Source: Squalus acanthias
Taxonomy: Eukaryota
Assembly (NCBI GenBank): GCA_030390025.1
Contig: CM059441.1
Location: 62,434,001-62,498,000 of the forward strand
DNA length: 64,000 nucleotides
Reading direction: 5' to 3'
This document shows, in pieces, positions 30,001 to 41,599 of this stretch (the first letter of the stretch is position 1; the number at the start of each line of letters is the position of its first letter). A program made the translations under genes and the position numbers. A model generated the notes under the pieces. It was not told the origin of the DNA. It ran no database searches and was given only the letters and a program-made list of their open reading frames with translations.

Positions 30001-33000
30001 TTGAACAGTGTTGGGTTTGATTATTGATATTGAACAGTGTTGGGTTTGATTATTGATATTGAACAGTGTTGGGTTTGATTATTGATAGTGAACAGTGTTG
30101 GGTTTGATTATTGATATTGAACAGTGTTGGGTTTGATTATTGATACTGAACAGTGTTGGGTTTGATTATTGATATTGAACAGTGTTGGGTTTGATTATTG
30201 ATATTGAACAGTGTTGGGTTTGATTATTGATATGAACAGTGTTGGGTTTGATTATTGATATTGAACAGTGTTGGGTTTGATTATTGATATTGAACAGTGT
30301 TGGGTTTGATTATTGATAGTGAACAGTGTTGGGTTTGATTATTGATATTGAACAGTGTTGGGTTTGATTATTGATATTGAACAGTGTTGGGTTTGATTAT
30401 TGATATTGAACAGTGTTGGGTTTGATTATTGATAGTGAACAGTGTTGGGTTTGATTATTGATATTGAACAGTGTTGGGTTTGATTATTGATACTGAACAG
30501 TGTTGGGTTTGATTATTGATATTGAACAGTGTTGGGTTTGATTATTGATATTGAACAGTGTTGGGTTTGATTATTGATATTGAACAGTGTTGGGTTTGAT
30601 TATTGATATTGAACAGTGTTGGGTTTGATTATTGATATTGAACAGTGTTGGGTTTGATTATTGATATTGAACAGTGTTGGGTTTGATTATTGATAATGAA
30701 CAGTGTTGGGTTTGATTATTGATATTGAACAGTGTTGGGTTTGATTATTGATAATGAACAGTGTTGGGTTTGATTATTGATATTGAACAGTGTTGGGTTT
30801 GATTATTGATATTGAACAGTGTTGGGTTTGATTATTGATAATGAACAGTGTTGGGTTTGATTATTGATATTGAACAGTGTTGGGTTTGATTATTGATATT
30901 GAACAGTGTTGGGTTTGATTATTGATAGTGAACAGTGTTGGGTTTGATTATTGATAGTGAACAGTGTTGGGTTTGATTATTGATAGCGAACAGTGTTGGG
31001 TTTGATTATTGATATTGAACAGTGTTGGGTTTGATTATTGATACTGAACAGTGTTGGGTTTGATTATTGATATTGAACAGTGTTGGGTTTGATTATTGAT
31101 ACTGAACAGTGTTGGGTTTGATTATTGATATTGAACAGTGTTGGGTTTGATTATTGATAGTGAACAGTGTTGGGTTTGATTATTGATACTGAACAGTGTT
31201 GGGTTTGATTATTGATATTGAACAGTGTTGGGTTTGATTATTGATATTGAACAGTGTTGGGTTTGATTATTGAACAGTGTTGGGTTTGATTATTGATACT
31301 GAAGAAAGTTGGGTTTGATTATTGATAGTGAACAGTGTTGGGTTTGATTATTGATACTGAACAGTGTTGGGTTTGATTATTGATATTGAACAGTGTTGGG
31401 TTTGATTATTGATACTGAACAGTGTTGGGTTTGATTATTGATATTGAACAGTGTTGGGTTTGATTATTGATATTGAACAGTGTTGGGTTTGATTATTGAT
31501 AGTGAACAGTGTTGGGTTTGATTATTGATAGTGAACAGTGTTGGGTTTGATTATTGATATTGAACAGTGTTGGGTTTGATTATTGATACTGAACAGTGTT
31601 GGGTTTGATTATTGATATTGAACAGTGTTGGGTTTGATTATTGATATTGAACAGTGTTGGGTTTGATTATTGATATTGAACAGTGTTGGGTTTGATTATT
31701 GATATTGAACAGTGTTGGGTTTGATTATTGATATTGAACAGTGTTGGGTTTGATTATTGATATTGAACAGTGTTGGGTTTGATTATTGATATTGAACAGT
31801 GTTGGGTTTGATTATTGATAGTGAACAGTGTTGGGTTTGATTATTGATAGTGAACAGTGTTGGGTTTGATTATTGATATTGAACAGTGTTGGGTTTGATT
31901 ATTGATACTGAACAGTGTTGGGTTTGATTATTGATAGTGAACAGTGTTGGGTTTGATTATTGATATTGAACAGTGTTGGGTTTGATTATTGATATTGAAC
32001 AGTGTTGGGTTTGATTATTGATATTGAACAGTGTTGGGTTTGATTATTGATATTGAACAGTGTTGGGTTTGATTATTGATATTGAACAGTGTTGGGTTTG
32101 ATTATTGATACTGAACAGTGTTGGGTTTGATTATTGATACTGAACAGTGTTGGGTTTGATTATTGATATTGAACAGTGTTGGGTTTGATTATTGATAGTG
32201 AACAGTGTTGGGTTTGATTATTGATATTGAACAGTGTTGGGTTTGATTATTGATATTGAACAGTGTTGGGTTTGATTATTGATATTGAACAGTGTTGGGT
32301 TTGATTATTGATATTGAACAGTGTTGGGTTTGATTATTGATATTGAACAGTGTTGGGTTTGATTATTGATATTGAACAGTGTTGGGTTTGATTATTGATA
32401 TTGAACAGTGTTGGGTTTGATTATTGATATTGAACAGTGTTGGGTTTGATTATTGATATTGAACAGTGTTGGGTTTGATTATTGATATTGAACAGTGTTG
32501 GGTTTGATTATTGATATTGAACAGTGTTGGGTTTGATTATTGATATTGAACAGTGTTGGGTTTGATTATTGATATTGAACAGTGTTGGGTTTGATTATTG
32601 ATATTGAACAGTGTTGGGTTTGATTATTGATATTGAACAGTGTTGGGTTTGATTATTGATATTGAACAGTGTTGGGTTTGATTATTGATACTGAACAGTG
32701 TTGGGTTTGATTATTGATATTGAACAGTGTTGGGTTTGATTATTGATAGTGAACAGTGTTGGGTTTGATTATTGATATTGAACAGTGTTGGGTTTGATTA
32801 TTGATATTGAACAGTGTTGGGTTTGATTATTGATATTGAACAGTGTTGGGTTTGATTATTGATAATGAACAGTGTTGGGTTTGATTATTGATATTGAACA
32901 GTGTTGGGTTTGATTATTGATAATGAACAGTGTTGGGATTGATTATTGATATTGAACAGTGTTGGGTTTGATTATTGATATTGAACAGTGTTGGGTTTGA

Positions 33001-33236
33001 TTATTGATATTGAACAGTGTTGGGTTTGATTATTGATAGTGAACAGTGTTGGGTTTGATTATTGATAGTGAACAGTGTTGGGTTTGATTATTGATACTGA
33101 ACAGTGTTGGGTTTGATTATTGATATTGAACAGTGTTGGGTTTGATTATTGATAGTGAACAGTGTTGGGTTTGATTATTGATACTGAACAGTGTTGGGTT
33201 TGATTATTGATACTGAACAGTGTTGGGTTTGATTAT
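1..33236. repeat. 29-bp tandem satellite (GATATTGAACAGTGTTGGGTTTGATTATT)n, ~1,140 sequenced copies, runs off the window start
   Basis: Direct reading: near-perfect 29-bp period. Variants are mostly T>C/G/A at unit position 5, occasional 6-bp-deleted (23-bp) units and homopolymer indels. Ends abruptly at ...GATTAT 33236 next to a SINE head. Confidence 0.99.
17201..17400. other. Assembly gap (200 N) inside the satellite; true array length unknown
   Basis: Run of exactly 200 N, flanked by the same satellite in the same orientation. Confidence 0.99.
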
Positions 33237-33244
33237 ATGATTTA

Positions 33245-33600
33245 TCCGTGGTTTTAGCTCTCTCTCTCTCAACTCTGAATCAGAATGTGGTGAATTCAGG
33301 TTCCACTCCAGAGGCTTGAGCACAACAGTCTATGCTGACACTCCCGTGTAGTACTGAGGGAGTGCTTCACTGTCGGAGGTGCCGTATTTTGGATGAGACT
33401 TCTGCTCTCTCAGCTGGACGTAAAAGATCTTACGGCACTACATCGAAGAAGAGCAGGAGAGCTCTCACCGTGTCCTGGGCCAATATTTATTCTACATCAC
33501 AATCGTGACTGCACTCCAAAAGCACTTCATTGGCTGTGAAGCGCTTTAGGATGTCCAAAGGTGGTGAAAGGAGCAGTGTATAAATGGGAGTTCTTTCTCT
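33245..33600 (+). mobile_element. Degraded tRNA-derived SINE (Deu-domain/SacSINE-like) with a single copy of the internal 33-bp unit
   Basis: Colinear with the SINE at 51075-52480: ccactccagaggcttgagcac, one agtactgagggagtgcttcactgtcggagg unit, gaagaagagcagg, aagcacttcattggctgtgaagcgcttt tail. Confidence 0.8.
33486..33491 (-). terminator. Candidate polyadenylation signal AATAAA for the Siglec-like gene, located inside a SINE
   Basis: Plus-strand tttatt. The sister SINE copy at ~52270 reads tatttatccc here and so lacks the signal. Confidence 0.35.
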
Positions 33601-33635
33601 CGGTTTCCGTTGGTACCAAGCAGTGTCAGGTTCGA

Positions 33636-33671
33636 TTACGTGTGTTTAACGTGTTTGTGTTGTTTATCGGA
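33636..33671 (-). CDS. Candidate terminal coding exon of the Siglec/MAG-like gene (SDKQHKHVKHT*)
   Basis: Acceptor tataccttcctccAG in a non-repeat island. Phase 0 matches the donor at 41272. Stop TAA at 33636-33638, with minus-strand AATAAA 145 nt downstream (33486-33491). Confidence 0.5.
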   Translation of the reverse strand, partial: SDKQHKHVKHT

Positions 33672-33689
33672 CTGGAGGAAGGTATACAG

Positions 33690-36285
33690 TCTACTCGGAC
33701 CACTGCTGTTCTTCATACACAGACTTGGGAGTAAAAGACACAATTTCAAAATTTACAGATGACACAAAACTTGGAAGTATAGTGAACAGTGAGGAGGATC
33801 GTGATAGACTTCAAGAGGACATAGGCAGGCTGGTGAAATGGGCGGGCACGTGGCAGATGTAATTTAACGCAGAAAAGTGCAAAGTGATCCATTTTGGTAG
33901 GAAGAACAAGGAGAGGCAATATAAACTAAAGGGTAAATCCTAAAGGGGGTGCATGAACAGAGAGACCTGTGGTATATGTGCACAAATCATTGAAGGTGGC
34001 AGGGCAGGTTGATAAAGCGGTTAAAAAAGCATTTGGGATCCTGGGCTTTATAAATAAGAACGTAAGAACATAAGAAATAGGAGCAGGAGTAGGCCATTCA
34101 GCCCTTCGAGCCTGCTCCGCCATTGAATGAGATCATGGCTGATCTTATGCCTCAACTCCATTCACCGGCCCTGTCGCCATATCCCTTGATGCCCTTACTC
34201 GTCAGAAATAGAGGCATAGAGTACAAAAGCAAGGAAGTTATGATGAACCTTTATAAAACACTGGTTCGGACTCAACTGGAGTATTGAAACATAGAAACAT
34301 AGAAGATAGGAGCAGGAGTAGGCCATTTGGCCCCTCGAGCCTGTTCCGCCATGTAATGAGATCATGGCTGATCATCCAAATTCAGTACCCTATCCCTGCT
34401 TTCTCCCCATATCCCTTGATCCCTTTAGCCTTAAGAAATTTATATAACTCTTCCTTGAATATATTTAATAAATTGGCCTCAACTGTCTTGTGTGGTAGAG
34501 AATTCCACAGGTTTACCACATTCTGGGTGAAGAAATTCCTCCTCATCTCAGTCCTAAATGGCTTACCCTTATCCTTAGACTGTGACCCCTGGTTCTGGAC
34601 TCCCCCGCCATCGGGAACATCCTTCCTGCATCTAGTCTGTCTAGTCCTGTTAGAATTTTATAAGTTTCAATGAGATCCCCTCTCATTCTTCTAAACTCGA
34701 GTGAATATAAGCCTAATCGGCCCAATCTCTCCTCATACGTCATTCCTGCCATCCCAGGTATCAGTCTGGTGAATCTTCGCTGCACTCTCTCCATGGCAAG
34801 AACATCCTTCCTCAGATAAGGTGACCAAAACTGCACACAATACTCAAGGTGTGGTCTCACCAAGGCCCTGTACAACTGCAGCAAGACATCCTTGCTCCTG
34901 TACTCAAATCCTCTCGCTATGAAGGCCAACATACCATTTGCCTACTTAACCGCCTGCTGCACCTGCATGCTTACCTTCAGTGACTGGTGCACAAGGACAC
35001 CCAGGTCTCGTTGCACTTCCCCTTTTCCCAATCTATTGCCGTTCAGATAATAATCTGTCTTCCTGTTTTTGCCACCGAAGTGGATAACCTCACATTTATC
35101 CACATTGTACTGCATCTGCCATGCATTTGCCCAATCACCCAACCTGTCCAAATCATACTGGAGTTTCTCTGCATCCTCCTCACAGCACACACGCCCACCC
35201 AGCTTTGTGTCATCTGCAAACTTGGAGATATTACATCTAGTTCCATCGTCTAGATCATTAATATATATTGTGAATAGCTGGGGTCCTAGTACCGATCCCT
35301 GTGGTACCCCACTAGCCACTGCCTGCCACTTGGAAAAAGACCCGTTTATTCCAACTCTTTGCTTCCTGTCTGCCAACCAGTTCTCTATCCAAGACAGTAC
35401 CTTACCCCCAATGTGCTTTGACTTTGCACGCTAATCTCTTATGCGGGACCTTATCGAAAGCCTTCTAAAAGTCCAAATACACCACATCCACTGGTTCTCC
35501 CTTATTTATTCTACCAGTTACAGCATCAAAAAATTCCAGTAGATTAGTCAAGCATGATTTACCTTTTGTAAATCCATGTTGACTTTGTCCGATCCTGTCA
35601 CTGTTTACCAAATGCTCTGCTATTATATCTTTTTTAATGGACTCTAGCATTTTCCCCACTACCGATGTCAGACTTACCGGTCTATAAATCCCCGTTTTCT
35701 CTCTACCACCTTTTTTAAATAATGGGTTACATTAGCTATCCTCCAATCCATGTCCAATTCTGGGCACCGCACTTTAGGAAGGATGTGAAGTTCTTCAAGA
35801 GCGTGCAGAAAAGATTTACGAGAATGCTTCCAGGGATTAGGGACTTCAGTTATGTGGATAGACTGGAGAAGCTGGGGTTGCTCTCCTTGGAGCAGAGAAG
35901 GTTGAGAGGAGATTTGATAGAGATATTCAAACTCATGAGGAGTCTAGACAGAGTAGATAGAGAGAAACTGTTTCCATTGGCAGAAGGGTCAAGAACCAGA
36001 GGACACAGATTCAAGGTGATCGGCAAAAGAACCAAAGGCGACATGAAGAAAAACGTTTTGACGCAGAGAGTGGTTAGGATCTGGAATGCACTGCCTGAAA
36101 GGGTGGTGGAGGCAGATTCAATCATAGCTTTCAAAAGGGAATTGGATAAGTACCTAAAGGAAAAAGATTTGCAGGGCTACGGAGAAAGGGCGGGGGAGTG
36201 GGACTAGCTGAAGTGCTCTTGCAGAGTGCCGGCATGGGCTTGTCGGGCCGAATGCCCTCCTTCTGTGCTGTAACCATTCTATGGT
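33690..36285 (+). mobile_element. CR1 LINE 3' part (RT C-terminus and 3' end), split by nested insertions
   Basis: Remnants of LGPLLF and KFTDDTKLG. Text breaks at ...ctggagtattg (34287) and resumes tgtccaattctgggcacc (35751). ORF 35722-36207 has VQFWAPHF...RRLRGDLIE...RTRGH...WNALP. Confidence 0.85.
34288..35750 (-). mobile_element. Younger CR1 LINE (5'-truncated) nested inside the plus-strand CR1
   Basis: Minus ORFs with QHGFTKGKSCLTNLLEFF, VPQGSVLGP, FADDTKLGG, YRALVRPHLEYCVQFWSP. (TTTCTATG)n-type 3' tail at ~34288-34300. Confidence 0.92.
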
Positions 36286-38002
36286 TGTATGATAATGTGT
36301 GATTTCTGATGCCGTATCTAGAGAGGTGGGATGGCGCCATACAATCATACATCTTTCTTTGGCTGTAAAGTGCTTTGGGACATCCTGAGGTGGTGAAAGG
36401 GTGGTGTATAAATGGGACGTTATGAAAAACAATCAGAAGAATAAAACTGGACGGACCACCCGGCATCGACCTTGGCACCGGACATGACAAAGGCACACCT
36501 TGCCCAGTTGACACTGCGAAGTCCTCCTCACTAACATCTGGGGACTGTGCCAAAATTGGGAGAGCTGTCCCACAGACTAGTCAAGCAACAGCCTGACATA
36601 GTCATACTCACAAAATCATACCTTTCAGCCAGCGTCCCAGACTCCTCCATCACCATCCCTGGGTATGTCCTGTCCCACCGGCAGGATAGACCCACCAGAA
36701 GTGGCAGCACAGTGGTATACAGTCGGGAGGGAGCGTCCCTGGGAGTACTCAACATTGACTCCAGACCCCATGAAGTATCATGGCATCAGGTCAAACATGG
36801 GCAAGGAAACCTCCTGCTGATTACAACCTATTGCCCTCCCTCAGCTGATGAATCAGTACTCCTCCATGTTGAACACCACTTGGAAGAAGCACTGAGTGTA
36901 GCAAGGGTACAGGATGTACTCTGGGTGGTGGACTTCAATGGCCATCATCGAGAGTGACGCGGTAGCACCACTACTGACCGAGCTGGCCGAGTCCTGATGG
37001 ACATAGCTGCCAGTCTGGGTTGCGACAGGTGTTGAGAGAACCAACATGAGGAAAAAACCTACTTGACCTCGTCCTCACCAATCTACCTATCGCAGATGCA
37101 TCTGTCCATGATAGTATTGGTAGGAGTGACCACCGCACAGTCCTTGTGGAAACGAAGTCTCGTCTTCACACTGAGGACACCCTGTTGTGTGGCACTTCCA
37201 CCGTGCTAAATGGGATAGATTCAGAACAGATCTAGCAGCTCAAAACTGGGTATCCATGAGATGCTGCGGACCATCAGCAGCAGCAGAACTGTATTCCACC
37301 ACAATCTGTAACCTCATGGCCCGGCATAACTCTTACTCTACCATTCCTATCAAGCCAGGGGACCAACCCTGGTTTAATGAGGAGTGTAGAAGAGCATGTC
37401 AGGAGCAGCACCAGGCGTACCTAAAAATGAGGTGCCAAACTGGGGAAGCTACACACAGGACTACATACATGCTAAACAGCAGAAACAGCATGCTATAGAC
37501 AGAGCTAATCAATCCCACAACCAACAGATCATGTCAAAGCTCTGCAGTCCTGCCGCATCCAGTCATGAAAGGTGGTGGACAATTAAACAACTAATGGGAG
37601 GAGGAGGCTCCATGAAAGTCCCCATCCGCAATGATGGCGGAGCCCAGCATGTGAGTGCAAAAGACAAGGCTGAAGCGTTTGCAACCATCTTCAGCCAGAA
37701 ATGCCAAGTGGATGATCCATCACGACCTCCTCCTGAGGTGCCCACCATCATAGCAGCCAGTCTTCAGCCAATTTGATTCACTTCTCGTGATATCAAGAAA
37801 TGGCTGAGCAAAGGCTCTGGGCCCCAACAACATCCCGGCTGTCATGCTGAAGACTTGTGCTCCAGAACTAGCCGTACCTCTAGCCAAGCTGTTTCAGTAC
37901 AGCTACAACACTGGGATCTACCCAACAATGTGGAAAACTGCCCAGGTATGTCCTGTCCACAAAAATCAGGACAAATCCAATCCGGTCAATTACCACCCTG
38001 TG

Positions 38003-38895
38003 AGGGAGAAAATCAGTATCGCCCCATTTGGGGCGCAATTATGGGCCCGGCGCAAAGATTAGCGCCTGGCACTAATTATCGCCACCGACTGCAAACTTGA
38101 CTTTTATCGCCCCTGGAGGTGATTGGAGCGCTAAATCAGGCGCTTCACACCTGTCTTAAGGCGCAAAGGCCGAGGAGCGAGGCACTACCTCAGAGCGCTG
38201 GCGAAGCTCATGTAATGTCAGTCAGCAATGGAACACACACACAATGGCACGGGCCAGTTCTTAAAGGGGATGGTTAATCTCACTTTCCATCCACATCCTG
38301 CTAATTGCAGCCTTGAATCTCGGCCTGGAGAGACCTGCACATCAAATGTGCTGGAAAGAACAATGGAGAGTACCAGGCAAAGAGCTTAGAGTGCAGCCCC
38401 CACAGTCTCTTCTAAATCGATACAAGGAATGGCAAATCAAAATGAACCTGCAAAGTGCTGCTCAGTACCCAAAACTCCTTCACACAACGTTGAAACTCCC
38501 CAGAAGTCTCTCTCTCTCTCTCTCTCAGAATGCGTAGCTCAAAAATGGCACCAACAATAAAAGGCAGGAAGCGGTCACCTTTAAATAGCGCTCCCCCTTT
38601 CCCTTCATGACTGCAGAACGCTCCCCTCAACCTGTCGTTGCTAGCGTCAGGCGGTAAGGCAGGGGGCGCCACTCAATATCCGCTCCGGGGCGATACTGCG
38701 GCGTTGCGCACTCAAGTGATGTCATGATCTGCCGGCGCAGGCGATCGTGGCGGTAGTGTTTAGCGCCGCCGCAAAATGTCTAGTGAATTTCGCGAGCGGC
38801 GCAAACTTCACCACGCCTGGGCGCTAGATGCTTTGCGCCCCATTAGTGCCCTCTTAAGGCGCTAACGGGAGGCGCAACCAACTGAATTTTTCCCC
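38003..38895. mobile_element. PIF/Harbinger-type non-autonomous element (MITE), copy A
   Basis: Imperfect TIRs (a)gggagaaaatcagt ... actgaatttttcccc. TSD GTG at 38000-38002 and 38896-38898. Host LINE is contiguous once it is removed. Confidence 0.82.
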
Positions 38896-39155
38896 GTGAG
38901 TCTATTCTCAATCATCAGCAAAGTGATAGAAGGTGTCATCGACAGTGCTATCAAGCGGCACTTACTCACCAATAACCTGCTCACCGATGCTCAGTTTGGG
39001 TTCTGCCAGGACCACTCAGCTCCAGACCTCATTAAAACCTTGGTCCAAACATGGACAAAAGATCTGATGTCCAGGGCTGAGGTGAGAGTGACTGCCCTTG
39101 ACATAAGGCAGCATTTAACCAAGTGTGGCATCAAGGAGCCCTAGTAAAAGATTTG

Positions 39156-40050
39156 GGGGTAAAATTTCAGTTGGTTGCGCCTCCCGTTAGCGCCTTAAGA
39201 GGGCGCTAATGGGCCGCAAAGCCGCTAATGCCCGGGCGCAGCGATGTTTGCGCCGCTCGGGAACTTAACTAGAGATTGTGCGGCGGCGCTAAACTTTACC
39301 GCTGCGACCACCTGCGCGCGCAGATTGTGTCGTAATTCCATGGTGCAACGTCCTTGTGGCGCCCCGGAGCGGAAATTGAGTGGCGCCCCCTGCCTTACCG
39401 CCTGGCGCATCCAACGACCAGAAGACTGGAACGCTGTCAATCGCTGTCGGGCTGGGGGGGGCGCTATTTAAAGGGGGCCTCTTCCTGTCTTTTATTGTTG
39501 GTGGCATTTTTGAACTACGCATTCTGAGAGAGAGAGAGGGAGAGACTTCTGGAGACATTCAACGTTGTGTGAAGGAGATTTGGGTACTGAGCAGCACTTT
39601 GCAGGTTCATTTTGATTTGCCATTCCTTGTATCGATTTAGCAGAGACTGTGGGAGCTGCACTCTGAGCTCTTTGCCTGGTACTCTCCATTGTTCTTTCCA
39701 GCACATTTGATGTGCAAGTCTCTCCAGGCCGAGATTCAAGGTTGCAATGAACAGGATGTGGATGGAAAGCAAGATTAACCATCCCCTTTAAGAACTGGCC
39801 CGTGCCATTGTGTGTGTGTTCCATTGCTGACTGACATTACATGAGCTTCGCCAGCGCTCTGAGGTAGCGCCTCACTCCTTGGCCTTTGCGCCTTAAGACA
39901 GGTGTGCAGCGCCTGATTTAGCGCTCCACTCACCTCCCGGGGCGGTAAAAGTGAAGTTTCCAGTCAGTGCCGATAATTAGCGCCAGGCGCTAATATTTGC
40001 GTCCAGACGATATTTGCGCCCCAAATGGGGCGCGACCTAATTTTTCCCCC
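39156..40050. mobile_element. PIF/Harbinger-type MITE, copy B, inverted relative to copy A and nested in a SINE tail fragment
   Basis: Termini ggggtaaaattt ... aatttttccccc. TSD TTG at 39153-39155 and 40051-40053. It is the reverse complement of copy A along its length. The surrounding SINE fragment is flanked by GTAAAA (39144-39149, 40168-40173). Confidence 0.85.
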
Positions 40051-41271
40051 TTGCATTTTTATAGCGCCTTGCACGACCTCAGGACATCCCAAAGCACTTT
40101 ACAGCCAATGAAGTACTTTTGAAGTGTAGTCACTATTGTTCTGTAGGAAATTTCAAGTCTTTTTTTTGTAAAATTGAAGTCAATTTGAATCAGGGGGAAA
40201 ACTCTCCACTGACTGGAGTTATACCTAGCACAAAGGAAGATGGTTGTGGTTTTTGGAGGCCAATCATCTCAGCCCCAGGACATCCCTGCAAGAGTTCTCA
40301 GGGCAGTGTCTGAAGCCCAACCATCTTCAGCTGCTTCATCAATTACTTTCTCTCCATCATAAGGTCAGAAGTGGGGAGGTTGGCTGATGATTGCACAGTG
40401 TTTAGTTCCATTTGTAACACCTCAGATAATGAAGCAGTCTGTGCCCGCATGCAGCAAGACCCGAATGACATTCAGGCTTGGGCTCACGTGACAAGTAACA
40501 TTCATGCCCCACAAGTGCCAGGCAATTACTATTTCCAACAAGAGAGAGTCTAACCCCCGCCCCCTGACATTCAATGGCATTACCATCGCCAAATACCCCA
40601 CTATCAACATCCTGGGGGTCACCATTGACCAGAAGCTTAACTGGACCAGCCACATAGATACAATGACTATAAGAGCAGGTCAAAGGTTGGGTATTCTGCG
40701 ATGAGTGCCTCACCTTCTGACTCCCCAAAGCCTTTCCACCATCTACAAGGCACAAGTCAGGAGTGTGATGGAATACTCTCCACTTGCCTGGATAAGTGCA
40801 GCTCCTACAACACTCAAGAAGCTCAACATCATCCAGGGTAAAACAGCCCATTTGATTGGCACCCCAACCACCACCATAAACATTCACACCCTCCACCAAC
40901 AGCGCACCGTGGCTGCAGTGCGTACCATCTACAAGATGCACTGCAGCAAGTCGCCAAGGCTTCTTCGACAGCACCTCCCAAACCCGCGACCTCTACCACC
41001 TAGAAGGAGAAGGGCGGCAGGCGCGTGGGAACACCACCACCTCCAAGTTCCCCTCCACGTCACACACCATCCTGACTTGGAACTATATCACCGTTCCTTC
41101 ATTGTTGCTGTGTTAAAATCCTGGAACGCCCTACCTACCAGCACTGTGGGAGTACCTTCACCACGCGGACTGCAGCGTTTCAAGAAGGATGGGCAATAAA
41201 TGCTGGCCCTGCCAGTGAGGCCCACATCCAAGGAATTAAAAGAAAACGTCACTCAAGTAGACAGTTCTTAC

Positions 41272-41389
41272 CTGGGCCATTTTGGGCAGTGCAGGGAGCA
41301 TTCTAGCGTATTTCTCCCTCTTCTGTTTTGGACTCATGGACTTCATTTCGGACTGGTCTTCTGCCTTATCCGTCTCATTTCCTTCTGGT
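41272..41389 (-). CDS. Cytoplasmic exon of the Siglec/MAG-like gene (KPEGNETDKAEDQSEMKSMSPKQKREKYARMLPALPKMAQ)
   Basis: Acceptor tatgtttttAG, donor CAG|gtaaga. 118 bp, phase 2 to 0, compatible with the TM exon. Lies in a non-repeat island. Confidence 0.75.
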
Positions 41390-41599
41390 CTAAAAACATA
41401 TTTTAAGACAAACATACAAGCACCGGAAACAATAAGAGAGATTCTGGTTGGAATGACTGGGATTGACGGCTGATTATAATATTTGGACCGCATTTTAACC
41501 AATGCACCTGACACAGTGTCTGAAATCTAGCCAATTTTACCACTTCAAAAGCGAGCTGAGGATAAGGAACATGGTTAACTGTGAAGAGGGCTATTGGGA

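Larger units (their letters stand above)
36421..41240 (+). mobile_element. Near full-length degraded non-LTR retrotransposon ORF2 (APE endonuclease + RT), a second LINE family, interrupted by two MITEs and a SINE fragment
   Basis: APE motifs (PDIVILT, PGY...RQDR, TTYCPPS, DFN), RT motifs (QFGF, SQGSV, LADD, YKAQVRSVMEYS), many frameshifts. A 3' fragment of the same family lies at 55470-56005. Confidence 0.88.

Noticed and set aside
1-33236. CRISPR array, telomere repeat or coding repeat
   Set aside because: No spacers. The unit is not TTAGGG. The 87-nt translation cycle hits stops on both strands. GGG runs are 26 nt apart, poor for G-quadruplexes.
36277-36316. Alternative phase-0 terminal exon (IRHQKSHIIIQP*) on the minus strand
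   Set aside because: Its stop lies in a CR1 tail and there is no supporting poly(A) signal; weaker than the 33636-33671 candidate, though not excluded.
38313-39824. Mirror-image ORF pairs suggesting a duplicated gene
   Set aside because: Explained by the two inverted MITE copies; no recognisable protein motifs.
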